From the NCBI GenBank assembly GCA_012295275.1, contig CM022679.1, positions 14,942,001 to 15,006,000 on the forward strand: a stretch of DNA of 64,000 nt. The letters run 5' to 3'. Source of the DNA: Chrysomallon squamiferum. Lineage: Eukaryota; Animalia; Mollusca. The position numbers and the translations under genes were made by a program. The notes beneath the pieces were generated by a model. The model had not been told where the DNA came from. It saw nothing but the letters and a program-made list of their open reading frames with translations, and made no database searches. This document shows, piece after piece, positions 30,859-59,578 of this stretch. The number at the start of each line of letters is the position of its first letter. Within the stretch, counting starts at the first letter, position 1.

Positions 30859-31979
30859 ATAAAATATATAAATTTATCAACAATGTAATAATGAATTTTT
30901 AAAAAGCCCATATGATTTTATATATATATATACTTATTTAATTTTACTCCTTTAATAATAACAATAACAAATTTTTAAAAAGGTTAAGCATACACGTATG
31001 TTTAAATATAAAATTAAAGTTATTACTGTGGACAATTCCACAAGCCCTCGATTGTAAAACGCCTTTCATCGGAATAAAAGCTCATAATCACTGCTTATAA
31101 TTATGTTAAAGTAAATACTTTGCCTATCCTCTTCCCGATAATTCTGCCTAATGAATGAAGAAGGATGGAAAAGAAAAATAAGTCCGTAAATATCCTTTTG
31201 CTAGAGCATTAAAATATCTTTTTTAATTAAATATACGTACGTAAATCTGCGTTCTGTGCATTTGGCGTGTCAGAGCTACACTGGCTGACAACTGAAGTGC
31301 GTTGTTAAAAAACCGTCGCTGTCCATTTGCGAGACATTAAAAAACATCAAGACGGAGAAAAAAGAGAGACAGGTTTCATTATAATATTATTTTATTATCT
31401 TGTAATGAGTCAGAGCAGCTGATGGTTTCTTAGTGTCAGCGTTGTTTAAATTACAATGGCTACGCCGAGATCTGCGTGTTTGTTACGCCTCCGCCACAAC
31501 TGAAACGTCAAATAAACAGTCTATTTGAAAACAATGACCTGTTTTCGTGTCGCACCTGATGTCCTTAACATTTAAATTTATTTCTTTCTTATTTTTTTTT
31601 TTTTTTTTATTTTTTTTTTTTTTTATTTTTTTTCAATTTAAAAAGAAGAAAACAAATTATTATTTATTATTTTAGGAGGAAAGTTAATCATTCGGTCTGT
31701 AAATTTCATTGTACAGAACCAAATATAAAAATAATCTAATTCTGTGAATGTAAGGAAGAAAAAAAGAAAAGAAAAAAGAAAACGAAACCGATAAAAAGCT
31801 AAATACTTGCTTTCAGTATCTGGTTTACAGTTTTAAAAAGTTTTCACTGTTGTAAAAGACAAGAAATAAAAACAAACACAAACTATAACAACAACACGAA
31901 GATTCAGTTACGGAAAAATGTGTAAACCAAACTAAAGTAAACGAAGAAGCATAAAAATAATAAATAAATAAATAAATAA

Positions 31980-32021
<42 letters not shown>

Positions 32022-33394
32022 AACTATCAAACAAAGATAAAACAAAATAAAATAAATAAAAATAAAAATAATAAAATAAATAAAATAAAATAAAATAAAA
32101 TAATAGGTTTAAAATAATTCCAGTTTCAAATAATATATAATTAGAAGGTTTCAATTCTGTTTTTCTTTTATTTGAATTAATTAATTAATTTATTTATTTA
32201 TTTATTAAATTTATGTAATAACTTTAGTTAGCAAACAGGAAGACAAAATAACTATTTTAGAATGTTTTATCAGGCAGTATCGCCCTGGCGGATTTCAAAC
32301 TACACTTCTGGCAATGTTTGTTAATGTTTAATTAAGTGAATGGTAACATTTTGTGCCAAACTCCTCGCCACTCCTGATTTATTAATTTGGTTCACAGAGA
32401 AATGTTAAAATGTTCTCTGATCATTATCTTAGCATCAATTTTTTCCTTGAATAATAATAATAATAATAATAATAACAGCAAGAACAGTAATGATGACGAC
32501 GACAATAATAACTATAATTATAACATAAATAAATAACTAAAATAAAATTATCATTCTTTTTTATTATGAAAGATTGGTATACACAGCAAAAAAAAAAAAA
32601 ATGAATAAATCAACAAACTACAATCACAAAACAATACACTGCAGTATACATCGCTAAAAGACACATTTTAACCCAGCATTTCCATAACTCTGTATGCAGC
32701 ATATATAATAATTATAATTATTTTCTCCATTAATCATCTGACAATATAGCATAAAAAAACACCCCTGACGAAGGACAAAGCTATAAGTTATCAGAAACAG
32801 TCGGTTGTTTTAGATTCAGTTAAGCTGATAACCATCACTCCGATGTATAAAATCTCGCCGAGAACGTTTTAAACCGCCCGAACTGCCGTTCCGCGTCGCT
32901 TTATTCCGGATGTGTCGCGCGGTTTTGTTAGAAGTTCCCAAAAACGTGTGAGAACCGGAGGAACACATGTGCTGCAAACCGGAAAACTTATGATGGCCGT
33001 GCAGCGGTTTTAATTGAGTTTGCTTACGAATGTTACAAATTACGATTCACACGTTGTAATTCAATTGTAAATCAAATAATGGACGCTGTTAATAAAGTAA
33101 TTTAGTTACAGGTATTGACTTCGTGTCAAATTTACGAGAGAGTACGGTAACAGCTGCGGAATAAACGCGTGTACGTATACAGTGGTGTACGGTACTACTC
33201 CCGAACATTGGATTTTTAGTTTCTTTTTTTTTTCTTTTTGAAATCGTTGAAATAAATGTTTCTCGGGGTATTGTAAATAAAATAAAAAAAATATAAATGT
33301 GCCAGCTGAGCACGATAAAACAATTAAAGTTTTAAAATAAAATAATGGCGCATGATGACGGATGTAATAAAAATGACGATTATAAACTTGTTTG

Positions 33395-33457
<63 letters not shown>

Positions 33458-34142
33458 TCATAAATTAAAATGTTTTAATTATTTCCATTATCATCATAAT
33501 TATCATTACCAGCATTATCTTAATAATTTCTTCTTCTTCTTTTCTTTTTCTTTTTTCTTCTTCTTCTTCTTCTTATTTTTAAAATCAGTATTCTGATTGT
33601 TACGTCTAATTATATTTACAAACTACTAAATAAAAAATAAAATAAAATAAAATGAATGATGATGATGATAACAGCAGCAGCAGTAGTAAATGATATTAAT
33701 AATGCTAGTAAGAAGACGATAAAGAAGAAAAAATGTCTGAAACCTTTTCAGGCAAATGTATAGCGTTATCTCGTTATCTATACCAGTGATTGTGTTATTT
33801 TAATAATAAAAAAATATATATATAAACACACACACACACACACACCCATACACACACACACACGCATATCTTTTTCTTCAAAATTGTGCTCAGGACTGTT
33901 TTATTATATATTATTAATATACTTATTTACTTTGAATTTATTTTTAAGTAGTTTTATTTTTATTTATTTTTAATAATCTTTTCTCTCTCTTTCTCTCTCT
34001 ATATCTCTCTGTTTCTGTAATATATTATAATTTTTTTTTTTTTTTCCGCACCAATAACTGCATTTCACAATTACTAAATTCATTATTTATATTCATTTCA
34101 GTTGACTGAATTTCACACTCAAGCCCGCCATAACTTCCACAC

Positions 34143-48270
<14,128 letters not shown>

Positions 48271-48280
<10 letters not shown>

Positions 48281-48360
48281 ATCGGAAACGTTCGGAATAG
48301 TTCGGAATTCCTTGGATATATCCGGAACATTCCGGAACAACTAGGAATAACTTGGACTTG
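48271..48360 (+). repeat. Nine-unit degenerate 10-bp tandem array (consensus about YTCGGAAYAR) overlapping the DRGX stop codon
   Basis: ctcggaatag atcggaaacg ttcggaatag ttcggaattc cttggatata tccggaacat tccggaacaa ctaggaataa cttggacttg; GGA sits at positions 4-6 of every unit. Confidence 0.8.
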
Positions 48361-49140
48361 TTCACATTAAAGACAGATAATATTTGATTGGATTTTGCAG
48401 TCTCATAGGCCTCATCTTCCAAACTGCTAACCTTAATTAAATCAAATTATATTTTAAGAAACGTCTCGTGGTAAAAATTTCTAAAAAAAAAAATCAGAAA
48501 ACTTTCCTGAAACAGACCCAGTCTCAAGCATTCACATACATATCTATGGACAATAATACATACAAACACGATATTATATTATATTATATTATATATTATC
48601 TATATTTATCGTACAGAAGATTCTATTATTATAATATATTTAATATTACAAATATGACTGAATGATTGCGTATTACGTAGCTGATACGACTGTAAGATGG
48701 TGATGTGTCCAAATTGTGTGCATTAGATCATAATATATACACCTGAGTATTGTTTATATGTATTGATCAAATCTTATTGATAATTGTGCCATAGTAAAAA
48801 AAAAAAAAAAAAAAAAATGTTTTTGTACCACATGTTAGCACTTAATCAATGGTTTTTATTCTTCCTGTTAGTGTTATTATTATATTAATGTTGTTTCCGT
48901 TTGATTTTAGATTTTTTAAAATAATTTTAAACGGAGAGTTATCGATTGGAACTATTATATTTCCTTAACTGGTAAATGTCGTGTTTATTTAATTTAATTA
49001 AATTTATTTATTTATTTGTTTATTTATATCTCTCTCTTTTTTTTTTTTCTTTTTTTGTTCCCGGTTGTAGAATGTTTCGTTTCTGTTCTGGTATTGATTA
49101 TGCACTTACAAATGAGATAAAAATGCAGTATCAAAGAACA

Positions 49141-49199
<59 letters not shown>

Positions 49200-49490
49200 T
49201 GTTTATGTTTTAATTATTATTTTAAAACGGTGCTTATTATTATTTACTAAGATTTTTTTTGAATTTCCTCAGAGTGCTATTTACATTTATTTTAATTAAA
49301 TATTTTATTATTTAATTTAACATTTTCTTCTTTGTGTCGTTTTATTTTCTTCACGTTGTTATGATACTGTTATAATTAAATTATTATTATATTATATATA
49401 TATATGTTTATCCTGAGCCCTTGTCTCCATTTTTTTTGTTTTGTCCATTGCTGTTTGCCTTTTGTTGTTTTGAACACCATATATTTATGA

Positions 49491-49540
49491 AATAAATGTT
49501 CTACTGAATCAAACAGACTTTATGTGTTGTTCTTGTTATA
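49491..49540 (+). terminator. Probable DRGX polyadenylation signal (3'UTR about 1.2 kb)
   Basis: First canonical AATAAA I found after the stop (49491-49496), followed about 25 nt later by a GT/T-rich tract (TATGTGTTGTTCTTGTT). Confidence 0.5.
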
Positions 49541-50090
49541 ATTATTTTTTATTATTATTATTATGTTTTCTCTCTCTTTGATTAATTTGCTCTGTCTATC
49601 TGTCTGTCTGTCTTTCTCTCTTTCACTGTCTCATCTCTTTTTTTTTGTCATTCTCTCACTCTGTGTGCGTGTGCGTGTGTGTGACCGTTTATATAAATTT
49701 GTTTGTCTATCTAAGACGTTTTTAAAAACCACAGCTCTTTACGACTCTCTTTAACTTACTTTGTAATTTATCTTTCTTAACTTTTATATATATATATGCA
49801 GTTTATGTGTGTGTGTGTGTGTGTGTGTTGTGTGTGTGTGTGTGTGTGTCTGTATGTGTGCGTGTTCCTGCCTGTTTCCTAGTTTTTCTCTATTATAAAT
49901 AAAATAACAGATAAAAAAAAAAAAAAAAAAAAAAAAATGATTTTATTTTATTTTTTGTTTAATTAAATTGTGATTGCATTAACGATATTACAGTTAGTGA
50001 AAAACAAATATCATTAGACAAGACTATTATATATGAAAATATTTATTATTTCTGATGTTACATTATACGCATATCTTTAATAACTAGAGA

Positions 50091-50160
50091 GCTGGTGGTG
50101 AGATACGATCCCACAGTCCATGATACACAAGTCAACTCAGTAGCCAACTGAAAGCAGATC
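50091..50160 (-). pseudogene. Possible degenerate tRNA-like sequence (tRNA pseudogene or SINE head)
   Basis: The - strand reads TCAGTTGG (A-box-like) ... TGACTTGTGTATCA ... GTGGG-ATCGTAT-CTCAC (5-bp stem with a 7-nt loop, B-box-like) then CACCA. No acceptor stem can be formed. Confidence 0.3.
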
Positions 50161-50775
50161 ATAATATATGAAGATGGTCAAACTGTTTTACCTGTAATAA
50201 AAGCTTAAAAGAAAACGTTGATAATCTGGGATTTGAACTAGATACATATTAAGGCCCAAACAAATAAACTATATATATATATATAATGAAAAAGAAAGCA
50301 AGCGAGAAAAAGTTAATAATTAGTATAATAAAAATAACAACAGCAACAGCAACAACAACCACAACATTTACAATAGCAACAACGATAACAATAGTAACAA
50401 TCATGATGATGTTCCAGGACAAACTCAAGAACAAGAACAAAGAAAAGAAGAACGAGAACAAGAAGCGAAAGAAGAAGAAGAAAAAGAATATCAACAACAA
50501 AAATAACAAATAATATTTACATCTCTCAGAGTTTTTATTAAAAACATATATATATAAAAACATTCGTACGACAACAACTGATACCAGGTTCACTAACAGA
50601 GACGTCAGAGATCATTTCAGTGTTACACTTAGCTTTCATAAAACAGTTTAATAAAGCAGACAGACAGAAAGGCCAGTAATTCCCCTCACTGAACATATAC
50701 ATAGTTTTTGTAACGTTTAGATAGCAATTAACTCTGACAAAAAGGCAAAAATATGTGCTATGTTGTATTCAGGAG

Positions 50776-51036
50776 CCATACATACATATATACATACATA
50801 CATACATACATATACACACATACGTATATATATATACATACATGCATACATACATGCATACATACATACATGCAAACATACATACATACATACATACATA
50901 TACATACATACGTACATATATAGATACATATATGCATACATACATGCATACATATATACGTATATACATATACATACATACATACATACATACATAATAT
51001 ATATTTATATATATATATATGAATATTAATTATTAA

Positions 51037-51070
<34 letters not shown>

Positions 51071-51110
51071 TTCATCATTATTATCATCATCATCATCATC
51101 ATTATTATTA
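50776..51110. repeat. Degenerate (TACA)n followed by (TA)n/(ATT)n/(ATC)n
   Basis: Visible; source of several spurious MYVC/HTYI ORFs. Confidence 0.93.
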
Positions 51111-52279
51111 TTACGTTGTAAATGTATTTTTTACACTTCATCAGCTTGTTCAGAAGAACAAGTGAGGAACAAACAGCACACAAAAGTAGACTGTGAAGTA
51201 TTGACAAAAGCAAACATTAGGCAACGTCAGACAGGAACATGTGTCACATGGACATTAATCTACAATTACTCAGTAAGCTGACACGAAAACTGCACACCTT
51301 CGTAGCTTCAGCCAGTCCGCGAATCACAATCCGTGAAACCGATATTTTAAATTATTAACATGTTTTGTAATGGACTCACAATAGTGTTCTGTTGCAAAAC
51401 GTTTTATTTAACTTCTGTTTGAAAATGATACTTAGGACAATTTCCACTCTGGTAAATATTCCGAATATAAACAAAATAAAGGTCCAGAGCATTCGTAGAA
51501 AACGAAATATCGAAAAGATTTGTGTGACTTGTAAATCATGAGTATCGTAATTGTAGAAATTATCTTATATTGTTTCCGTAGCAGTACCATCGTGAAAAAA
51601 TTTTCCAAAGCGTGTGTGGCGTGCCCGCTGAGATCTGAAGTGCAACAGTTCGCTGGATCGAATATCCTCACAGCATGCACTGTTTTATTTTCCTGATTCT
51701 GTCAAGATTAAACAAATATTATTTATTATTAATCAGTATCAGTTGCCCATAAACTAGTGACAGCAGATTTTAGTGTGTAGGCACATTGTTTGTGTGCGCA
51801 TTCGTGTGTTCGTATAAAATTATGTATGTAAATGGACGCATGTGCGTTTTTGTGTATATGATATATTTTTCTAACACATTCTCTGTCGTGCTTGTAGGAT
51901 TGTTTAGCTGAAAATAACAGTATAATATGAGTTAAAAATTATAAAAATATTTTTTGTTTGTTTTAGATAGTTTATATGTTAGAGGTTCTCAGTCTAACTC
52001 TGTAAAATGTAAAACCGAAAATAGAAATTATAACAGTATATTCCTGAATTCGATTATAATTATACACTATGTTAATTAAGATGTTTTTAAATGAAAATTT
52101 AATTTTTGTATCTCTTGCTAAAGAATTAAAACACGCTTCTTCCATCACTCTCGAATAACGATAAAAATGTATTTAACAAGATAGTTAGAAAGTTAATGTC
52201 GATCTTGCTTTCTGAGAGAAATAATAAACAGTATCTTAACACCAAATTTCGAATATTTATTGTCAATAACGTTCCTTAT

Positions 52280-53290
52280 TTTCTCCCAATATCATAACCC
52301 AGCGATACCCAACGATGTGTTTGCTGCCGTATTGTTCCGTGTGATGTGGTTTCCTGGGCGGAATTTAAATAAAGCGAACGATCCGGAAAATTTCTCTCTA
52401 AGAAATTTTGTGTCATTTCCTCGCCTAATTTAGTCAATAACGGCCAAGGGGATTTAATCGCCCGGTTATCTTTGTTGGAGCTCTTCTGCGCTTGAAGGAA
52501 CGACATTTACAGGCAATGATATTCCGAATTTGGGTCCTTGGCGCTCTAACACAATATGTTCCGTCCTTGTTAAAATCAGAGGAGGATGCTTATTGACTAA
52601 TTTTTTTCCAACTATGAGCGAGAAAATTGAATTGAGTCTCGCAGTCGACTTGCCATCCGAAAAGAAGACGTCAGTCTAAGGGCCCGTCATTAGGGAATTC
52701 TGGGTAATCTGCCCTTAACATTACTTCATTTGTGATTTGGAATTTGCTTCCCGATGAAATTTGTACCATCACTTGAGGTGATTTTGTCAATCAGCGAACT
52801 AATTTGCTCGAAAAATATTTTGTCAATTACACATTGTTCGGGTATTGGGATAATTTTCTGCTTTCCTGATCAGATGATGTCGTATTTACACATGATTTCC
52901 AGAGAAAAATACCAAGTTCTTACGACCCAGGCTTATTGATCTTCCGAGAGGGTGGCTAATGAGAGACTTAACAACGCCGCCATTGTTGTGAGCGACAACG
53001 GCCACACGGCGCTCTGATTTGAGGTTTAATTTTTCAAGTTTTCATTCTTAAGCGTGATTTGGCGATAATTAAGTTTACCAAAAGAGTTACAAAATCTCCG
53101 CTGACTTTGTCAGAATTTTTATCTATTTGCGAATCATGGCGGAATTCAATGGGCGAGGTTTTTCAAGTCGCCTAATCAAATGTCATTCAGTCCGGCATAT
53201 TCGCTTTAAAACCCCATTAACGATTTTTGCAAAAATAATTTAGATTAGATAAACTGACTTGATGAAATCAGAAGAGATTTGCCAGAAAAT
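52280..53290. promoter_or_regulatory. Downstream CpG/TAAT-rich island between DRGX and CHTF18
   Basis: About 1 kb of repeat-free sequence with many TAAT and CpG motifs; no coherent ORF. Confidence 0.4.
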
Positions 53291-53773
53291 CTTAATTTAC
53301 GCGATAAAACTTTTCAAACAGTGTATTTTGGTCAGCACACAATCTGAAATCCCTCGGTTTTCAAAAGCATTATTGAGATGGCTGAAAACAACGGCAAAAA
53401 CACGCAAAACCGATTTTCAAGTTCAAAGCGGTAAGAGAAAGAATGAAAAAAAATTAAGAAGAAGGAAAATGGAGGAACCGAAAAAAAGAAAAAAGAAAAG
53501 TAAAACGAAAACATCAAAGGCTAGGACTAATTAATACAATCTTATATATACTTTATTTATTTATTTATTACTAGTTACTAATTTGTTGTTGTTATCATCA
53601 TCATTATCAAAATAGGCACTAACAGTAACAGGAATACTAACTACGTACATACATACAGACACACAAACAAACGTGCATTTTGTGGTTTATTTTTGCTAAA
53701 ATAATAAAGCATAAGTTACTAGAAATGCTGAAAAAAAGAGAGACGGGACAGAGAGAGAGAGATGAGAGAGAAA

Positions 53774-53836
<63 letters not shown>

Positions 53837-55143
53837 AAAAAAAACCTTGAATAAATGTAACATATTAATTTATAAGTAATAATAATAATAAATTATAAAA
53901 CCTGCTTAAAACTGGAAATAGTTAAATAATAATAATAATAATAAAAGCAGAAAAGAAATAGACCTCAAAAATGTTATATATTTCTTTAATAAAAATATAT
54001 TTATAAAACTCAATATAGTTCAAACATTTATTTCATTCAGTGAGAAAAAAAAATAAAGTATTAATAACAAAAGAACATTAAACAAATTCATACAATGAAA
54101 CCCGAACCACTTTGTAACAAACGCTTTACACCAAAAACACTTTTTATTTTCTCACTTCTGGTACAGTGTCAAAACAGAAGCAGCCGTGGTTTTTAGTTTT
54201 ATGTACTTCACACCAACAAACATACGCTGAAACATGTTAAAATTGACAATTTTTCCCCTTATCATGTAGTTATTATGTTACATGATATTTTATCAGATAA
54301 ACCTTGCTTCTAATACTGTGTGTTATTTCGTTAGGCACGTGCAACACGTTTCATTCCAGCTGGCCTTATGTCGTACGTACGAAGACGGAGACATTACACA
54401 ATTTCAATAGATAAACGCAGACGGGCGACAAAAACCCGGGAAAGCTGTGATGCCACAGGTTGTTTATGACGTAGATAAGCGGGCATGCTACGTATTAGGT
54501 TTTTTTTGATGTTCTCGTAAACAATGAGCGGTAATATGAGTGCATATATTGCCTGAAATTGGGAAACAGATTTGTCATAGATTTTTTTTTTTTTTTTTTT
54601 TTTTTGACAGTAATTGAGGAAGTTGATGTTGGTTTGCTTGTGCATTTATTTATTTATTTAATGATTTTCTTTTATATATATATATATACACACACATGTA
54701 TATACATGTATTATGTATGTATATGAAAATCATATATTATATTAAACGTATACAACAAAAATATGTAAAAGGTTACTAAAATTAAAAATAATTATTAGTA
54801 ACAGAATTAACTCCATTATTTTCTTTTCTTTCTTCACTAGATGTAATACACCATTTCACAGAATTTAATAATAGATAAACTAAAGCACGCACTCATTTAC
54901 GTACATACAAAAAAAAAAAAAAAAAAAAAAAAGATTTATATTTAGTTAGTTACGTAGTAATGTAATTTAATTAAATAACACACTGCATTGCAAACATGAC
55001 ATTATCATTACCATCATACAGATGCTGCAATATAATTAACTAGATAACCATTTCTTTGCCTTTCTGATTAATCAGTTTTGTTATTATTTTAATGAATTCT
55101 AGCATATACAAACACACATAGATATCCATACATACTTACGTAC

Positions 55144-55188
<45 letters not shown>

Positions 55189-55423
55189 CATACATACATA
55201 CATGCGTGCATACACATAAAAGGAATATGTATTTACCCATACAGATAGATGCGCGTAGATATGCACGCACAAAATTATATATTATTTCGTGGGTAGAAAG
55301 ACAGATTGCAAGGATGTTTTTCACAAATATGACTATTCACATGTTTCTGAGTTAATGACGTAATATGTACGGGTGTATGAATGTCTGTCCCTGTGTACGT
55401 TTGTCTGTATCTGATTTTTTGTA

Positions 55424-55488
<65 letters not shown>

Positions 55489-55776
55489 CATTCAGCGGAG
55501 TCCGGGGCAGGTTGAACCATGGGGAAGGTTAGGCCAGCCAACAATTAACCGTGTAGAAATTATTATTATTATTATTTTTTTTTTTTTTTTTATTTTTATT
55601 TTTTTAGATTAACCAGATCTACCACTGACGTCATAGTGCTACTTTACACGCCACTCCGCAATCTGCACTAGAGCATAACATTAAATGTGTGTGTTATTAT
55701 GAATTAATTTTCTTATGCCTTTATAGCAGTTCATTTTTCTGATACCAAAGAAATGGTCAACTGGACATTAGAATAT

Positions 55777-55831
<55 letters not shown>

Positions 55832-55843
55832 TGTCTGTCTGTC

Positions 55844-55882
<39 letters not shown>

Positions 55883-57299
55883 GTTGAATGATTGATTGAT
55901 TTAATAACAGATGGTGAGAACATAACAAAAGAAGGGCAATCGAAGACAGGTGTCAGTAGATATCTTGAAATGTGCGGAAGAGAATGTTACAGAAGGAATG
56001 TCGCTGCAAAAAAAAAAACACTACTGCCTTCCCAGTGGATCCTAAGACGCTAACAAAATTGGCCTTCCAGCTTGGTGAACAAAATCAGAAGAAATATCTA
56101 ACTAGCTGGGCTGAAAATAAGATGAAAATCACCAACGTTTGTCTTATTACAGCTGTCGCTCTGGCTATACTTGTCAATATTTTTTATTTGGTCCATAAAA
56201 CTTGGAGTTTATAAGTTAAACTTTTTTTTTACTTCACTTTAGGGAATCTAACATCTATCAACTACGACTAGACTGATCTTCATTGATTCCTTCTGGACTG
56301 AGAAATGAAGGTCAGAAGTTAGGGGGGTTAGTATACTTCCCCTACATTCAGGTTTTGTTCTTATTTTAGTGTATTTTTCTTGACTCAAAGCTGATCCAAA
56401 CTTGCAGTTATGATTTTCATTTATTTTCGTGTATATTTTGGGGTTTTGTTTATAATAATGAAACATATTTCCAGTTCAACAACTGTTTTAGGTACAATAT
56501 ATATATATATAAAACAAAAAATGAAGAAAAAATAAATGCACATAATTCTACATATATGCCTTTATGTCAAATTATCAGATTACAAAAAAACATTTTCGTT
56601 TTGCCTTCATTATACTCTTTTAAGCTGATGTTTTGTTTCGTTTTGTTTTGTTTTTGTTTTGTTTTATTTAATTAAATGTTGCATCCCAACATATTTTGCA
56701 ATAAATCACAGGTTTATTTGAAAGTATTTATCGCGTTTATGATGCAGTGCCTCAAGTTGCCCTCAGTGGTTACTTAACCAGTCCCAGCCCGGGGTATATG
56801 TCTTTAACCATTAACTATCAAAACAGAATAACAAATCAGAATATTTCAAGCATTTATATTTGCTCTAAATAATGAAAATTTCTTTTAAACTGCTATGAGG
56901 GTTTGTTTTCCCATTTGTATTTGAATTAAAGCCTAAAATGCAAAAACGTGTCTCCCCTCTATAGAGCCCCAAACACTATATTTGGTGATCTGAATTCATA
57001 CAACTAAACATTGGTGTTTGTATCTGTACGTTAGTGTCTGCACCTGCCTGTTTAAATCAGAATGTTTATGTGAGTCCGTGTTTTAAAATTGTGTCTTTTG
57101 TACGTGCATAAACGTAAATGTATGTATTTGAAAACAAAATTTCATAATAACACCATCAAACCTTAGAATGAATGAAACAAATACATTTTCCAAATGCATT
57201 CACGTGAGACAGACATGGTTTCGTTTTAATAATTTGATTTTGTGCATGCCTGCTACACGAAACATACACACACACATACATATATATTTAAAAAAAAAA

Positions 57300-57800
57300 A
57301 CACCTCACGTAAATCTACTTAAACCAATTTGATTATTTACCCATTTAGACAACATGTGATCTATCCCGGATCGTAATACGGACAGACACCCACGGATGTC
57401 TCGGGGACTGGCCAGCCTTTTCAATAAACATTCTAAACGAGATCTTAATTTGCACAATTCGCTTTCTTCCCAATCTGTACTGCAATAAAACCGAACCAAG
57501 TGACTCGGCAAATTCGATTTGTCAGCTTTTATTAATTTACACATACGAAGCTGGACGTCATCTCAGGGCCGATTTCATGCCGGCCACAGTCCTGCACGGT
57601 CGTGGCCGAGGATGCCAACGTCACCCGATTAGAGAGAGTATTAAATGGTTTAACGACCATTAGGCCAATACAATGGTGTGTATGGGAGTCATAACGCCGA
57701 ACACCGACAGCCGTTCTGTAACATCAACAATTACCAGTGTAGATAATCTCATTTCCAGTCTCATTCTTAGAAGATTATGTCTTCCATAACGTCAATCCCA
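57300..57800. promoter_or_regulatory. Downstream CpG-rich island
   Basis: GC/CpG-elevated with TAAT and CCAAT motifs; track ORF 57305..57544 is not recognisable. Confidence 0.33.
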
Positions 57801-58198
57801 AATGATTACTAAGTAACTAACAGGATGGATGGATGGATGGATGGATGGATGGATGGACGGATGAGTGAACGGAGGAAAAGATCATAAATTTGGCATTGTT
57901 AGTGTGTTGATTGATTTTAGATGATGGGGAAATTAATGTTTTAAAATGACAAATGTTTTGATTGTGTTTTAGCTGCTGCAGGTTTACGTTATGTTCTGCT
58001 GGTGTTGTTGAGTTATTCCCTCTTTCTGTCTCAGTCGTGCAGTTTGTGTGTCTTCCTGTTCTGAAAAATCAAGTTATTAAATTAACGATATCTTCACCAA
58101 ACTATTTTACAAAATGAGAAAAAGTTACACCTGTTCCCGGCTATTACGACGTAAACGTAATACAAATATTATTAGTAGTAGTAGTAGTGGTGATGGTA

Positions 58199-58230
<32 letters not shown>

Positions 58231-59149
58231 TAATAATAATAATTTCGAGTCACTAACATTTAAGTTCATGAAATTTAATTAGTCCTTTTATTTAAGATTT
58301 GAGATGTGCAGAGCTCTGTCGTTATGGTGGATTTTCACGATGAAATAAGTTTCGTTATACAGAAGTGAAATAAAAAACAATAAATAAATAAATAAATAAA
58401 TAAATAATAGAAACGATTTAGATCAACAAAAATAGTTTTTCTTTCGGAGTTTCTAGTTTAAACAATCCAATGAAACACAAATCTTCTATATTTGGAAGGG
58501 AGATAACTCTGCTTCTATTTCAGACTTGAGACAACCGAAATAAAAAGGTCAGAGCAATGACTTTCTAAAAAAAAAAAAAAAAAACCAAACACATATGGCT
58601 TTTCAAGATTACACAAAATTTTCTTCGTTTTTTACGTTTTTTTGCCTAATTTTTGTTCATCTGCTTAGACTAACATTAGTTGTAGCCTTCACATTTTTAT
58701 CTTCTTAAATGTGTATTATATATCAAATATTACTGAAATCTGCTTTATTTTATATACTTGTGTTAAACATTAGCTGTTAGTATTTCAGTAGTTTCTAATA
58801 GGTATAGAAATAAATAAACTGCTTTACACAATGTAAATAGTATAGGTATTCCTGTTGATATGGTTTTGACATTTTTACTTTTCTTACTTTACATCAAATA
58901 TTGTTAAATTCAGGTCTTAAATGAAAAGTACTTGTGGTAATTTCACTTTGATTTTTCAGCTTCACTTTTATAAAATGAACACTTAGTTATTTATTGCTTT
59001 TTTGATATGTATGGTACTTTTTAATTTTATTTTTGCTAAAAATAAAGTTTGACAGATCAATTGCAGTTTTTTTTTCCAGCAACAATTTTGTTTTAATCTT
59101 GTACTTCACTTTTAAACATATCAAGTCATCCAGTCACACAGTTTCGTTG

Positions 59150-59339
59150 AGAAAATAACAACACACACAAGCACAAGTCTAGTTGTTTATTTCACAATGG
59201 GCTATCCCATTCTATGATGGGAGTCCCATCAATTAATAGATCTAATAAATCACTATTGTATTAACTTTCTTGAAGCAGCACATTTGTCTGGGTTTTATAC
59301 AACAGTTTATTCACTATAAATGTACAAATAATCTTTATT
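59150..59339 (-). terminator. Candidate CHTF18 polyadenylation signals
   Basis: AATAAA on the - strand at 59339-59334, 59311-59306 and 59191-59186; the last is followed by a TG-rich tract (TGTGCTTGTGTGTGTTGTT). Confidence 0.5.
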
Positions 59340-59474
59340 TATTTACAATTGTTGAAATATTAATATACAATTTGCAGATTTTGCCAATTTTGTCCTGGCC
59401 TTTGTACGAAGGTCCAGAATTAAAGATAATAGTCATTCATCATTAAAAATATATATAATTTATTTGAATTTTCA

Positions 59475-59578
59475 TCACAAAAAATCTTGAACTTTAATGT
59501 TTCTGCGTACTGCATTTGAATATCCTTCTTTGAAGTGAAACCAGATGACAGTGTCTAGAACATTCTTCTTTTTCTCAA
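59475..59578 (-). CDS. CHTF18: CHTF18 terminal coding exon (EKKKNVLDTVIWFHFKEGYSNAVRRNIKVQDFL*)
   Basis: TTTTTCAG acceptor at 59580-59579; tandem TGA TGA stops starting at 59477; Ctf18 C-terminal motif. Confidence 0.92.

Noticed and set aside
55495-55660. GCGGAGT ... ACTCCGC as possible transposon terminal inverted repeats
   Set aside because: Only 7 bp, no TSD; compatible with chance.
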